Assembly: GCA_964397565.1 (NCBI GenBank)
Contig: CAYNJC010000001.1
Span: 144,966-208,965 of the forward strand
Source: an uncultured bacterium
GTDB taxonomy: Bacteria > Auribacterota > UBA3054 > JAPLST01
Length of the DNA stretch: 64,000 bases
Direction: 5' to 3'
Positions 28,698 to 37,814 of this stretch are shown here, piece by piece (within the stretch, counting starts at the first letter, position 1; each line of letters begins with the position of its first letter). Under the pieces are notes generated by a model. It saw only the letters and a program-made list of their open reading frames with translations. It ran no database searches and was not told the origin of the DNA. The translations under genes were made by a program, and so were the position numbers.

Positions 28698-29614
28698 ATA
28701 TACCCGGCACTGTCAACCTGGCTTTGGCCAACCGTCAACGCCCAGCGCACAAAATGAGCCGCGGTGCCTTGAAAAGAATCCTTGGCGACGAGATACAGAT
28801 CACGCGCCGGGGGCGACGGATACTTTCCCGTGCGAATCGCCTGCATCGCCGCGGTGCGGGTTGCGACCGCTTCACCGGCATCGGCCCGACCATTCGCATT
28901 TGCGTCCAGCGGCACAACCACAATGCCGGCCACCGCCGCATCCGTTGCCGGATCAAACCCGAAATTCAGATTGCAGTAGCCAATCCCGTTAATGTCCGTC
29001 CGCACCGCCTGCACCACACCCGGATCGCCATACACGCCGTCACCCTTCAGATTTTCTTGGCGCGCGCCCAGATAGGCCGCCCAGGTTTCAGGCGCACCAG
29101 CCGCGTCGGAGCGGGTGTACACATGCAGCGGCGCCGTACTGTTGGTCTGCGCCAGCGCGCCCCAGGTGGTCAGCGCTGTGGTCAGCCAGATACTGGTGAG
29201 GACGGGCCGTGGCAATCCGGTTTCCAGCAAGTGGCGCGCGAGCGGGTTGGCGGCATTGATGATGCACACCACGGCATCTTTCGCCACCGGCACAAACACA
29301 CAGCCGTTATTGGTTTCGGCGGGCGTGATTTCACGCGACACCATGCCGAGATCAACCAGCCTAGCCAATGCGTCGGCAATGCCTTTGCCGGCGCCGCCCG
29401 CGGACACATCCACGCGGACTGCGGGGAATTCTTTTTGATACGCTTCCGCCCATGTCACCACCAGCGGATATAAGGCCCATGCGCCCGAAATGGCAATCCG
29501 GCCTGACGGTGCGGTTGAAGACGATTGCGGGCGCGGGCGGCAGGCGGTCACCAGCACGAGCCCACCGGCGAGCAGAAAAAGAAAAAACGGAACGCGCGAA
29601 AATACTTTATTCAT
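28649..29614 (-). CDS. pstS: phosphate-binding periplasmic protein PstS (lipoprotein form)
   Basis: The start is chosen at MNKVFSRVPFFLFLLAGGLVLVTAC (lipobox LVTAC). PBP-fold motifs are present (WALYPLV...SAGGAGKG). Confidence 0.85.
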   Translation of the reverse strand: MNKVFSRVPFFLFLLAGGLVLVTACRPRPQSSSTAPSGRIAISGAWALYPLVVTWAEAYQKEFPAVRVDVSAGGAGKGIADALARLVDLGMVSREITPAETNNGCVFVPVAKDAVVCIINAANPLARHLLETGLPRPVLTSIWLTTALTTWGALAQTNSTAPLHVYTRSDAAGAPETWAAYLGARQENLKGDGVYGDPGVVQAVRTDINGIGYCNLNFGFDPATDAAVAGIVVVPLDANANGRADAGEAVATRTAAMQAIRTGKYPSPPARDLYLVAKDSFQGTAAHFVRWALTVGQSQVDSAGYICVSSNQIAHALQLVP

Positions 29615-29700
29615 AGCATGGCATTTGGTTACGTTAAGCATCCTACTAATCAGTGCCAATGATAGCCAAAGAACGCCTGCTTTGTCAAGTTATCCACTCC

Positions 29701-29768
29701 CGGTTTGCTTATTACACACTATTGACCCATAATGGAGAAACTTCTTTCGTTGCGAAAGATTTTGATGT
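29701..29768. repeat. repeat family A-prime copy upstream of pstS, with inverted repeat TCTTTCG-N3-CGAAAGA
   Basis: See 25805-25872. The palindrome at 29737-29753 has 7-bp perfect arms. Confidence 0.6.
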
Positions 29769-29812
29769 TGTAGTCGCGGCCCTGGCCGTGGCCGCTGCCG
29801 CGGGAGAGTGCT

Positions 29813-29846
29813 GGCTTGGTTAGCTAAGGCACCAGCCAGTCCCGTC
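29813..29846. repeat. inverted copy of the 35-bp module (pst flank)
   Basis: See 26038-26072. Confidence 0.65.
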
Positions 29847-30137
29847 CCGCCACAGGCGTGGAGCGCGGATGGGAGCCGCCTCGGCGCGGCGAATGCTGCC
29901 GCTGCAATCCGGCGACGCCAAGGCGTCACCTGCAGCAGAGCGGCTACGGCAAACCGACACCGCGTGTCGCCGGAACCGGTGGTTCGCGGGCGCACGGCAA
30001 GATAGTTGCAGGATTGTGAGATAGAACGGCCTGACCCAAGGACTTGCTTGCGTTTTGCGGTGGAACAATAGTGCTCTACACCTGCCACTGAAGCGCGTGG
30101 CGTGCGATGTGCCTGGCGTCTGAAGACCCCCACGGAC

Positions 30138-30229
30138 CCGCCGCTGGCGGGACCGTGGGTGAATCAGAGTAATGGCAGGCACCGCCGGCGCGCCTGCCAA
30201 TCTCTCCTTCCATCCCGCCGTTGGCGGGA
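30138..30229. repeat. two copies of the REP palindrome CCCGCCGYTGGCGGGACCG, 76 bp apart
   Basis: cccgccgctggcgggaccgtggg at 30138-30160 and cccgccgttggcgggaccggtgg at 30214-30236. Each has a 6-bp stem and 3-nt loop. Confidence 0.7.
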
Positions 30230-30394
30230 CCGGTGGGGAGGCAAACCTGTGCAGGAACTTTCTTCTGTCCTGCACCTTCTTTGTTGGGCACCGCTGCGAC
30301 ACTGCAACTTTTACGCCGTGCGCCCGTGGTTCGCGGTCGGCTTGACACTATCCTTGTACTTCTGTATACTATATGCAGATATTCAAGGATAGCA

Positions 30395-31555
30395 ATGAAG
30401 ATGATTGCGCGCGATAACTACCTGCGACTGTTGCGGCGCACCCTGGCGGACAATCCGGTGTGCGCCGTGCTTGGGCCGCGTCAATGCGGCAAGACAACCT
30501 TGGCACGCCAGCTTGCCGCGCACGCCGGCACGGCGCATATCTTCGATTTGGAGACGGCGCAGGGGCGCGCGCGGCTGACCGAGCCGGAATTGGCATTGGC
30601 CTCGTTGCGGGGGCTGATTGTCATTGACGAAATCCAGCGCATGCCCGCATTGTTCACGGTGCTGCGCCCGTTGGCGGACCGCCCGCACAACCGTGCCAGA
30701 TTCCTTGTGCTGGGCAGCGCCGCGCCCACCCTGGTCCGTGGCGTGTCCGAAAGCCTGGCTGGGCGAATTGGCTTTGTTGACTTGAACGGATTCACGCTGG
30801 AGGAAGTGGGCGCGGCGCAGTGGAACACGCTCTGGCTGCGGGGTGGATTTCCGCGCGCATACTTAGCGCGCAGCGCGGCCGCCAGCATGACATGGCGTGA
30901 AGATTTCATGCGCACGATTCTGGAACGTGATCTACCGCAACTGGGGATTCGCATTCCGGCGGAGACCCTGCGCCGCTTTTGGCTGATGCTGGCCCATTAT
31001 CATGGCCAGACCTGGAATGGCGCGGAATTAGCCCGCGCGTTGGGCGTATCGGAACACACCGTGCGCCACTACCTGGATGTGCTGGCCGGCGCCTATCTCG
31101 TGCGCGTGCTGCCGCCATGGTTCGAGAATCTTGCCAAACGGCAGTCGAAATCACCGAAGTTATTTGTGCGCGACAGCGGTCTGCTGCATGCGCTGCTGGG
31201 CATCCACACGCGCGCGGAGCTCGAAGGACATCCGAAATTGGGCGCGTCATGGGAAGGCTTCGCGCTGGAGCAGGTCCTGGCGGTGACCGGCCAACAGGAC
31301 GCCTACTCGTGGCGTACGCATGCCGGCGCGGAACTGGACCTGCTGCTGCTGCGCCGCGGCAAGCGCTATGGCATCGAGTTCAAATGGTCGTCCGCGCCGG
31401 TCATGACCAAGTCACTGCATGTTGCCCTGCATGACTTGCAACTGACGCGCGCATGGATCGTGCATCCCGGCGAGCTGCAGTTCCCGGTCCACGCGCAGGT
31501 GGAGGCGTTGCCGTTGCGGCTCGTGTCACAGACGCTGCGCAAGCTGACGACGTAG
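30395..31555 (+). CDS. AAA+ ATPase of the DUF4143 (COG1373) family
   Basis: Walker A GPRQCGKTTLA and a Walker B motif (LIVIDEIQ). A C-terminal DUF4143-like region is present. The start is taken at ATG 30395, inside ORF 30221-31555. Confidence 0.7.
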   Translation: MKMIARDNYLRLLRRTLADNPVCAVLGPRQCGKTTLARQLAAHAGTAHIFDLETAQGRARLTEPELALASLRGLIVIDEIQRMPALFTVLRPLADRPHNRARFLVLGSAAPTLVRGVSESLAGRIGFVDLNGFTLEEVGAAQWNTLWLRGGFPRAYLARSAAASMTWREDFMRTILERDLPQLGIRIPAETLRRFWLMLAHYHGQTWNGAELARALGVSEHTVRHYLDVLAGAYLVRVLPPWFENLAKRQSKSPKLFVRDSGLLHALLGIHTRAELEGHPKLGASWEGFALEQVLAVTGQQDAYSWRTHAGAELDLLLLRRGKRYGIEFKWSSAPVMTKSLHVALHDLQLTRAWIVHPGELQFPVHAQVEALPLRLVSQTLRKLTT

Positions 31556-31693
31556 TTGGTCAAGCACCCTGACGGCCTCGATCGCCAAGCATCACTGGTC
31601 GTCTTCTTCGTGTAACCCTTCACAACGAGCCCAGTTTGGCCAGGGCATACAGCAGCCCACGACAGGCCAGCCGCTTTACCATGCAGAACTTCT

Positions 31694-32131
31694 TCAGCAG
31701 CGCTGGTTCAGTTCTCTGCCAAAGAGTTCTTCCAGCAGCGCAATGATCGCGTGACGATTTGTATTTCTGAAGCTCTCAGAAAACGCAAAGCCGCAGCACA
31801 CCCCCACCGGCTTGTCGTTGCTCAGCGCTGTGATGCGGCTTCTGAGTTCGTCGATCGAGGGCCGCGGTTGCTGCGCGGCCGCAGGCGCATCGCCTGTGAC
31901 GTTTGCGTCAGACTGTGTGCGCGGGGCATCAGCTAGAACATGCGCTTTGAAGTCGCTGATGTGATCTGCCACTACGGCCAAGTCCAGTATCGTAGCATCA
32001 CGGGAGGCACTCAATACTTCGTTTGAAGGCGTGCGCGAAGGTTGAACTGCCGGTGTCACACTCGCTTTATGCTGTGCGGAAGTGGCCTGTGCTTCATTGG
32101 GCCCTGGTGTTTTTTTCGCCGCATGTCGCAA
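31694..32131 (-). CDS. hypothetical protein, low-complexity N-terminus
   Basis: 145-aa ORF downstream of the TPR lipoprotein gene, in an apparent two-gene operon. It has no motif. Confidence 0.4.
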   Translation of the reverse strand: MRHAAKKTPGPNEAQATSAQHKASVTPAVQPSRTPSNEVLSASRDATILDLAVVADHISDFKAHVLADAPRTQSDANVTGDAPAAAQQPRPSIDELRSRITALSNDKPVGVCCGFAFSESFRNTNRHAIIALLEELFGRELNQRC

Positions 32132-32202
32132 GCATTAGCATAGCCAGCAGTAGAACAACGATGTCTGTCTTCATTGTAAACACCTCACACAATCCGCTTT
32201 GA

Positions 32203-33054
32203 TCAGTGCGCTTTTCTCTCTATCGTTTCCTGCAGTTCCATCACTACTCGCCTATCTGCCTCATTCTGCCCAGCGCTCCGCAGCGCTTCGCCGAGAATTT
32301 CCCTCGCCTTCTGCAGGTTCCCATCCTTGTAGTAAACGCGCGCCAAGTCAACGGCACTCGCCGGTGAGTATCCTCGCTGTAGTTGCAGTGCGTAGTAATG
32401 AATTGCGGTTTTGTAATCCTTCAGCGCCTCTGACGCATCGGCAATCCCAACAACCGCTGGCGTGTAGTATGGGTGTGCGGGGTTGAACGCCAATAATTGC
32501 CGTGCCCGCTGAAGTGTCTCGCCATAGTGGGATAGTCGCTTGGTGATGAGGACGAGGCGAAAAAGGCTGTCACTCTTGACAGGATCTGACGTGACGTGTT
32601 CGAGAAGATTGCTCAAAACGTAGTAAGCCAGTACGCTGTTGCCGTGCTGCTCCGCCAAAACCGCCAATCCGTACACCTGGGCGTCATCGAGTTTCATGGC
32701 TGCCATGTCCTCGGCTATCCTTCTTGATGCACGTTCGTCATTCTGCAAGTTCTGTGAAAACAAATCACTCAGCGACTGCGTACCCATAGCACTCAGCTCT
32801 TCCTGAAACTTCTCGACCCGCACATTAACATCAGCTAATCCGGCAGTTTCGGCTGAGTTCGCCACGCGGTTCTCGGCTTGGTCGCGATTGACACTGTTTG
32901 TCTTTGCGTGATGAGAATCCCGCCTGTAAGTGCCTTGTTGAACAACTCGGTCTCCCTTGCTTTCTCTGCTGGATGGCGAAGGCGCGGATTGCATTTTACA
33001 TCCACTCAGTGCTGCCAGCATAAACAGGAAGTACAGGAGCATTTTGTTGCGCAT
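32203..33054 (-). CDS. TPR-repeat lipoprotein
   Basis: Signal peptide with lipobox LAALSGC, then several TPR-like helical repeats (AIHYYALQLQRGY..., AREILGEALRSAGQ). Confidence 0.7.
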   Translation of the reverse strand: MRNKMLLYFLFMLAALSGCKMQSAPSPSSRESKGDRVVQQGTYRRDSHHAKTNSVNRDQAENRVANSAETAGLADVNVRVEKFQEELSAMGTQSLSDLFSQNLQNDERASRRIAEDMAAMKLDDAQVYGLAVLAEQHGNSVLAYYVLSNLLEHVTSDPVKSDSLFRLVLITKRLSHYGETLQRARQLLAFNPAHPYYTPAVVGIADASEALKDYKTAIHYYALQLQRGYSPASAVDLARVYYKDGNLQKAREILGEALRSAGQNEADRRVVMELQETIERKAH

Positions 33055-33176
33055 GTCACACCTAATCCTTATTACATAGTGTCAACGCTTTTAGGAGCCA
33101 TGGGTGTTGGTCCACGGCAAGTTTTCACAAAACCCCTGAACCCCGCACCCGAATACAGCATCTAGGCCCGGCCGCC

Positions 33177-34655
33177 TCACGCCTCCGGCCGCAGCAGCGG
33201 GAAGAGGATCACATCGCGCAGATTGTGCGTGTCGGTCAGCAAGGCGACGACACGGTCAATGCCCATGCCCCAGCCGGAAATCGGCGGCATGCCGTACTCC
33301 ATGCACAACAAGAAGTCCTCGTCCACCTGCATGGCTTCGGCATCGCCGGCGGCGCGCGCCGCCGCTTGCTGGGCAAAGCGCTCGGCTTGCTCGACCGGGT
33401 CAACCAGCTCGGAATACGCATTGACAATCTCCCAGCCGTTGACCACCAATTGGAAGCGATCCACGACATTGGGATTGGTGTCGTTGCAGCGCGCCAAGGG
33501 CGACAGCTCGATCGGATGCTGCGTTACAAACACCGGGTTGATCAATTTCGGCCGCGAGACTTTTTTGTAGAGCAGGTCAATCAAGGTGGCGCGCCCGGCG
33601 CCCCTGAGCACACTTGCGTCGTCAAAGGAAATGGCCTTGGCGGCCATCGCCGCCAACAGCGTGTCGCGCGTCGGGCAGGCTTCGATATCGATCGCCGCAT
33701 CCCGCAGAATTAGTTCGCGGAACGAGACCCGCGGCCAGGCGCCGTCAAATGAAATCTGCGTGCCGGCATAGCTGACGTCGCAGGATCCCTTCAACTCGTG
33801 CACGATGTGCTTCAACAAGCGCTCGGTGAAGGCCATGTTGTCTTCATAGTTCCAGTAGGCGCAGTAATACTCGAGCAAGGTGAAGTCCGGCAGGTGCGAC
33901 GGGTCAATGCCCTCGTTGCGGAATGAGCGCGCGAATTCATAGACTTTGTCGAAGCCGCCGGCGATCGCGCGCTTTAGATATGTCTCGGGCGCGATGCGCA
34001 GATAGACTTCGATGTCGAGCGCGTGGTACTGCGTGACAAACGGCGTGGCCATCGCGCCGCTGGCCTTGTTGGTCAAGACCGGTGTGTCAATTTCGACGAA
34101 GCCGTGCCCGTCGAGATAGGCGCGGATGGCGCGGATGATTGTGGTGCGGTCGCGGAAGCGGGCCATCGTCTCGGGCGTGGTGATCATCTCGAGATAGCGG
34201 CGGCGCATGCGCAATTCCGGGTCATGCAAGCCGTGGAATTTCTCGGGCAAGTTGCGCAGCGCTTTCGAGAGAAAGGTCCAGCTCTGCACATCAATTGTCT
34301 TTTCGCCGGTCTTAGTCGTGAAGACGCGGCCTTCGATGCCAATGAAATCGCCGACATCCACACAGTGCTCGAACTCCTTGAAGCGTTCGCCAAGGGCGTT
34401 GCGCTGCAGGGCGAACTGCATCTTGCCGCTGCAGTCGGCGAGATGGCCAAACGCCAGCTTGCCGAACCAGCGCAAGGCAATCACGCGGCCGGCAATCCGC
34501 ACGGCAGGCGTGTCATCGGCCAACTGCGCGGCTTCGTGCGGCGTATGCGTGCGCTCGTAGCGCTCGGCGTAGGGCTGCATGCCCAAGGCGCGGATGCGCT
34601 CGCGCTTGGCGCGCCGGCAGACTAGTTCGTCCGTCATCGGTTGTTGATCATCCAC
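33177..34655 (-). CDS. lysS: lysine--tRNA ligase (class II)
   Basis: N-terminal OB anticodon-binding domain and class II aaRS motifs (FRNEG, GGxGxGIDR: MGIDRVVALL). The 492 aa length fits. Confidence 0.92.
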   Translation of the reverse strand: MDDQQPMTDELVCRRAKRERIRALGMQPYAERYERTHTPHEAAQLADDTPAVRIAGRVIALRWFGKLAFGHLADCSGKMQFALQRNALGERFKEFEHCVDVGDFIGIEGRVFTTKTGEKTIDVQSWTFLSKALRNLPEKFHGLHDPELRMRRRYLEMITTPETMARFRDRTTIIRAIRAYLDGHGFVEIDTPVLTNKASGAMATPFVTQYHALDIEVYLRIAPETYLKRAIAGGFDKVYEFARSFRNEGIDPSHLPDFTLLEYYCAYWNYEDNMAFTERLLKHIVHELKGSCDVSYAGTQISFDGAWPRVSFRELILRDAAIDIEACPTRDTLLAAMAAKAISFDDASVLRGAGRATLIDLLYKKVSRPKLINPVFVTQHPIELSPLARCNDTNPNVVDRFQLVVNGWEIVNAYSELVDPVEQAERFAQQAAARAAGDAEAMQVDEDFLLCMEYGMPPISGWGMGIDRVVALLTDTHNLRDVILFPLLRPEA

Positions 34656-34694
34656 AATTATCCTCCGTGGTATAAAAGCGACGGGATGCCGCGG

Positions 34695-36575
34695 TCACTT
34701 AAGCCAGATGCCTTTGGCCTGGAACAGGCCCCAGGGCTGCTTCGTGCCGCGCAGCTGCAAAACAACATTGGTCGTGCCATCGTGCGGCCCCAGCTGGATG
34801 CTCAGCGGCACATTGGTGCCCAGCGCGATCTGCGCCAGAAAATTCGACAAGACCGGCTGCGGCTCCGGGAATTTGCGCGGCAAGGTCAGATTGAAGACCA
34901 GCCAGTCGCCGCGCGGATTGCCGTTGATCTGCAGATAGCCGTTCAGGTATTTCGACTTGGGCAGACGATAGCGCGCATTCCACGCGCCGCTTCGCTTCCA
35001 CAGCGATTCATTGGTCAGCGCAAACAAGTACCTGTCCAGTTGCACAAAGCCACCGCCCAGGCCGTTGGTCAAGCCGGCCAGCTCACCGTGCGTCACATCA
35101 CTGGTCTTGAGGTACAGTGCGCGCGCCTTGGCGCGCACCGTGCGAAGGCGGAAACTAATTGCGCGCCGCGTGAAGGACTTCGCCGCCGTCCCGCTGGCGC
35201 CCAGGAACGAGCGCGCCGTGATCGTCACCGTGTTCTTGCCAATATTCAAGGGCACATCCGCATACCACGCAGCCGTGCCGTTGGCCACGCCCGCGGCGCT
35301 CAGCTTCGGCCCTAGCACGCGCCAGGTCACATTCGAAATGCCCGATGACGCCAGCGCCGTGCCGGCGACCCGGATAAGCGCGTCGGTCACAATCGCCACG
35401 TCCGTGCCGGGATGCGAGGTGACGACCACCTCCGGTTGATCGCTGTAATAGATTTTCATCCAGGCGGTGTTGCTGTAGGCCAAGGCCGACAGCGCCGTCA
35501 CCCCGATGGACAATTTGCCGGTGCTGATCAGCGGCACCAGCGCGCTCCAGGCCAGCGTGCCACTGGCCACCCCGTCGGCAACCTGGCCGGGGACACTCAC
35601 CCGCCACGTGACGGTCGAAATGCCGGCCGCGCTCGCGGCCGTGCCCGCGATGCTGATCTGATTGGTCACGGTCGTGATGGTCACGACGGCGGCATGCGAC
35701 GTGATGGCCACGTCCGGCGCGTTGAGCACATTGTCGTGAAAGCCAAAATGGATGGGAATGCGGCTGATCCAATACGCCCAATTGTGCCCGCCGGGCGGGC
35801 GATAATACCACAGGGTTTGCCACAGTACGCGCCCGCGCTTCAGCAACGCATCGCGCAGGATATCATTCTTGCCGGCCAGATTGTAGAGCGGGATGCTGAA
35901 GAAGTCATAGACATCCTCATTGCCGCAGTCGATCAGCAAGGGAAACGCGCGCGCCGCAGTCGCGTCGGCAATGTCTGTCCGGCTCAGCACCGGCCCGCCC
36001 AGGTCGCCCAAATATTCAGGAATGTTTGGCTCAACAAATGCGCCGCTCATCGACGAGACGCTGCGATAGCTGGTGTGATCATACGCCTGGCCGATGCCCG
36101 CCACGTACAACGCGCCATAGCCGCCCATGCTGAAACCGCCAATGCCGCGCGCCGCGGTCACATACCAGTTCGACTCGATCTGACGCGTCAGGTCAATACT
36201 GATGTAGCGCCGCCAATAGGTACCGTAATACCACGAGAGATCGCCTTCGGGAAACACCACCAACAGGTGCCGGCGATTCGCCGCGTTGGTAATGGTTTGA
36301 AATGCATTCTGCCGCCACGAATAATCATGATCGCCGCGCCCGTGCAGCATATACAGCACCGGCATGCGGTTGGAGGGGCCGTAACTGTCGGGCAGCACAA
36401 TTTCATACGGCATCATTTGCCCGAGCGTGACACTCCAGAAATTGGTGGCAATCCACTGCGCCGCCGAGAGCGGCAGGCACCCCGCGACCACGACACTAAT
36501 CCCCCAGGCCCCCACCGCGGACCAACGCCGGCGCAGGTCGCACACGCCACGCGCTGCACCGATGGCGTCCGCCAT
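34695..36575 (-). CDS. esterase (PF00756-like alpha/beta hydrolase) with C-terminal Ig-like repeats
   Basis: PVLYMLHGRGDHDYSW...GFSMGGYGALYVAG carries the nucleophile elbow GxSxG. Two ~90-aa repeated beta-rich segments (ISNVTWRV...) and a C-terminal domain follow. Confidence 0.7.
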   Translation of the reverse strand: MADAIGAARGVCDLRRRWSAVGAWGISVVVAGCLPLSAAQWIATNFWSVTLGQMMPYEIVLPDSYGPSNRMPVLYMLHGRGDHDYSWRQNAFQTITNAANRRHLLVVFPEGDLSWYYGTYWRRYISIDLTRQIESNWYVTAARGIGGFSMGGYGALYVAGIGQAYDHTSYRSVSSMSGAFVEPNIPEYLGDLGGPVLSRTDIADATAARAFPLLIDCGNEDVYDFFSIPLYNLAGKNDILRDALLKRGRVLWQTLWYYRPPGGHNWAYWISRIPIHFGFHDNVLNAPDVAITSHAAVVTITTVTNQISIAGTAASAAGISTVTWRVSVPGQVADGVASGTLAWSALVPLISTGKLSIGVTALSALAYSNTAWMKIYYSDQPEVVVTSHPGTDVAIVTDALIRVAGTALASSGISNVTWRVLGPKLSAAGVANGTAAWYADVPLNIGKNTVTITARSFLGASGTAAKSFTRRAISFRLRTVRAKARALYLKTSDVTHGELAGLTNGLGGGFVQLDRYLFALTNESLWKRSGAWNARYRLPKSKYLNGYLQINGNPRGDWLVFNLTLPRKFPEPQPVLSNFLAQIALGTNVPLSIQLGPHDGTTNVVLQLRGTKQPWGLFQAKGIWLK

Positions 36576-36767
36576 TTAGTGCAGCGGCATGGGGTTGCAG
36601 AGATTGTCGGCCGAGGCCGCCACTCGTCCGCAATTGAAGCAAATGCTTTGCGGCGCATGCGCCAACTTCTTGATCTGGTCAAAAAGCTTTTCGCTGGCCA
36701 GCACGCACAAGTGGCCCTTGTGCGCATCCGGCTCGCACTTGCGGGTATGATTACAGCCACAGGTCAT
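36576..36767 (-). CDS. small cysteine-rich protein (63 aa, 7 Cys)
   Basis: MTCGCNHTRKCEPDAHKGHLCV...ICFNCGR...NLCNP. It is tightly packed between ptsN (9 nt gap) and the esterase (abutting). Confidence 0.45.
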   Translation of the reverse strand: MTCGCNHTRKCEPDAHKGHLCVLASEKLFDQIKKLAHAPQSICFNCGRVAASADNLCNPMPLH

Positions 36768-36775
36768 GCTGCTCC

Positions 36776-37231
36776 TTATTCGTTCTTCGTGATAATCTGC
36801 ATGACCTCGTCGGCGCGGTGCGCTTTGAGAATCTGCTCGCGCACCTCGCTCTTGCCCAGCAGCCGCGAGATGCGCGCCATCGTGTGCAAATATTCGTTGT
36901 TGTCGCCATCGGCCGGCGCCACAATCAACAGCAGGATGCTGACCGGCACATGATCAATCGAACCGTACTCAATCGGCTTGGCCGGCCGCGCCAGCAAGGC
37001 CAGAATGTTCGAGACTTGCGACGACTTTGAGTGCGGAAAGCCGATCCCGCGCCCGATCCCGGTGTTGCCCAAGTCCTCACGCTCTTTGACCTCTTTCTCG
37101 AGCATCGCCGCGTCGTTCACGCCGCCCAGCTCCGCCAGGGTCTTGATCAACTTGGTCAGCAGCGCATTCTTGTCGCGCTCTTTAATGTCCAACACAATCC
37201 GTTCAGGGCTCAATAAGGCAGAAAGTTTCAT
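36776..37231 (-). CDS. ptsN: PTS IIA-like nitrogen regulatory protein PtsN (EIIA-Ntr)
   Basis: MKLSALLSPERIVLDIK... and GIGRGIGFPHSKS contain the active-site His of the EIIA fructose/Ntr family. The start is taken at the internal Met that matches the PtsN N-terminus. Confidence 0.8.
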   Translation of the reverse strand: MKLSALLSPERIVLDIKERDKNALLTKLIKTLAELGGVNDAAMLEKEVKEREDLGNTGIGRGIGFPHSKSSQVSNILALLARPAKPIEYGSIDHVPVSILLLIVAPADGDNNEYLHTMARISRLLGKSEVREQILKAHRADEVMQIITKNE

Positions 37232-37273
37232 AAATGGTTGTCTGGTGAGTAATGCATTCCCCACTCCCAATAG

Positions 37274-37708
37274 TTACTTGACGACCAGCACGGCGCATGG
37301 CGCGTGCTCGATTAATTGATCCGCAATGTGCATCCGGACGGTATCCGAGCGCGACCGCTGCGCCAAACCGACGATGACCAGTTCGGCCTGATAGGCCGTT
37401 GCCAGCCGCGGCAAGATCTCTTCCGGATAGCCCTGCTCCTGCATGATCACGATGTGCGCGCCGGCATTTTTCGCCTCTTCCTCGGCCGCGTACAAATAGC
37501 GCCAGCCGTTTTCCTCGCACTCGATCTCGACATCCGCCAGCGTGCACGTGCCATGGCGCGCCAGTTGCGCGACCACATGCTTGTTGACGACGTGCACCGC
37601 AATGATCGTCGCCCCCGTCGTCGTGCTCAGGAAAATAGCCGAACGCAGCGCACGCTGGGACTCCAGCGTCGCATCCATGTGCAGAACTATTTTGTGCAGT
37701 GCAAGCAT
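37274..37708 (-). CDS. universal stress protein UspA family
   Basis: ~144 aa with Usp motifs (ILHMDATLESQRAL...IIAVHVV, GxxxxGSV-like C-terminus). Confidence 0.8.
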   Translation of the reverse strand: MLALHKIVLHMDATLESQRALRSAIFLSTTTGATIIAVHVVNKHVVAQLARHGTCTLADVEIECEENGWRYLYAAEEEAKNAGAHIVIMQEQGYPEEILPRLATAYQAELVIVGLAQRSRSDTVRMHIADQLIEHAPCAVLVVK

Positions 37709-37773
37709 GGTTCACAATGTCTGTCCCTAGTATAGCAAATCCCCGCCAAAATTGGTACTCGCCCTTGCTGGCT

Positions 37774-37808
37774 ATCTCAAATCTCAAATTTGAAATCTCA
37801 AATCACAA
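37774..37808. repeat. heptanucleotide tandem repeat (CTCAAAT-like)x5
   Basis: ctcaaat ctcaaat ttgaaat ctcaaat cacaaat, between the prepilin peptidase and uspA. Confidence 0.75.
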
Positions 37809-37814
37809 ATCACC

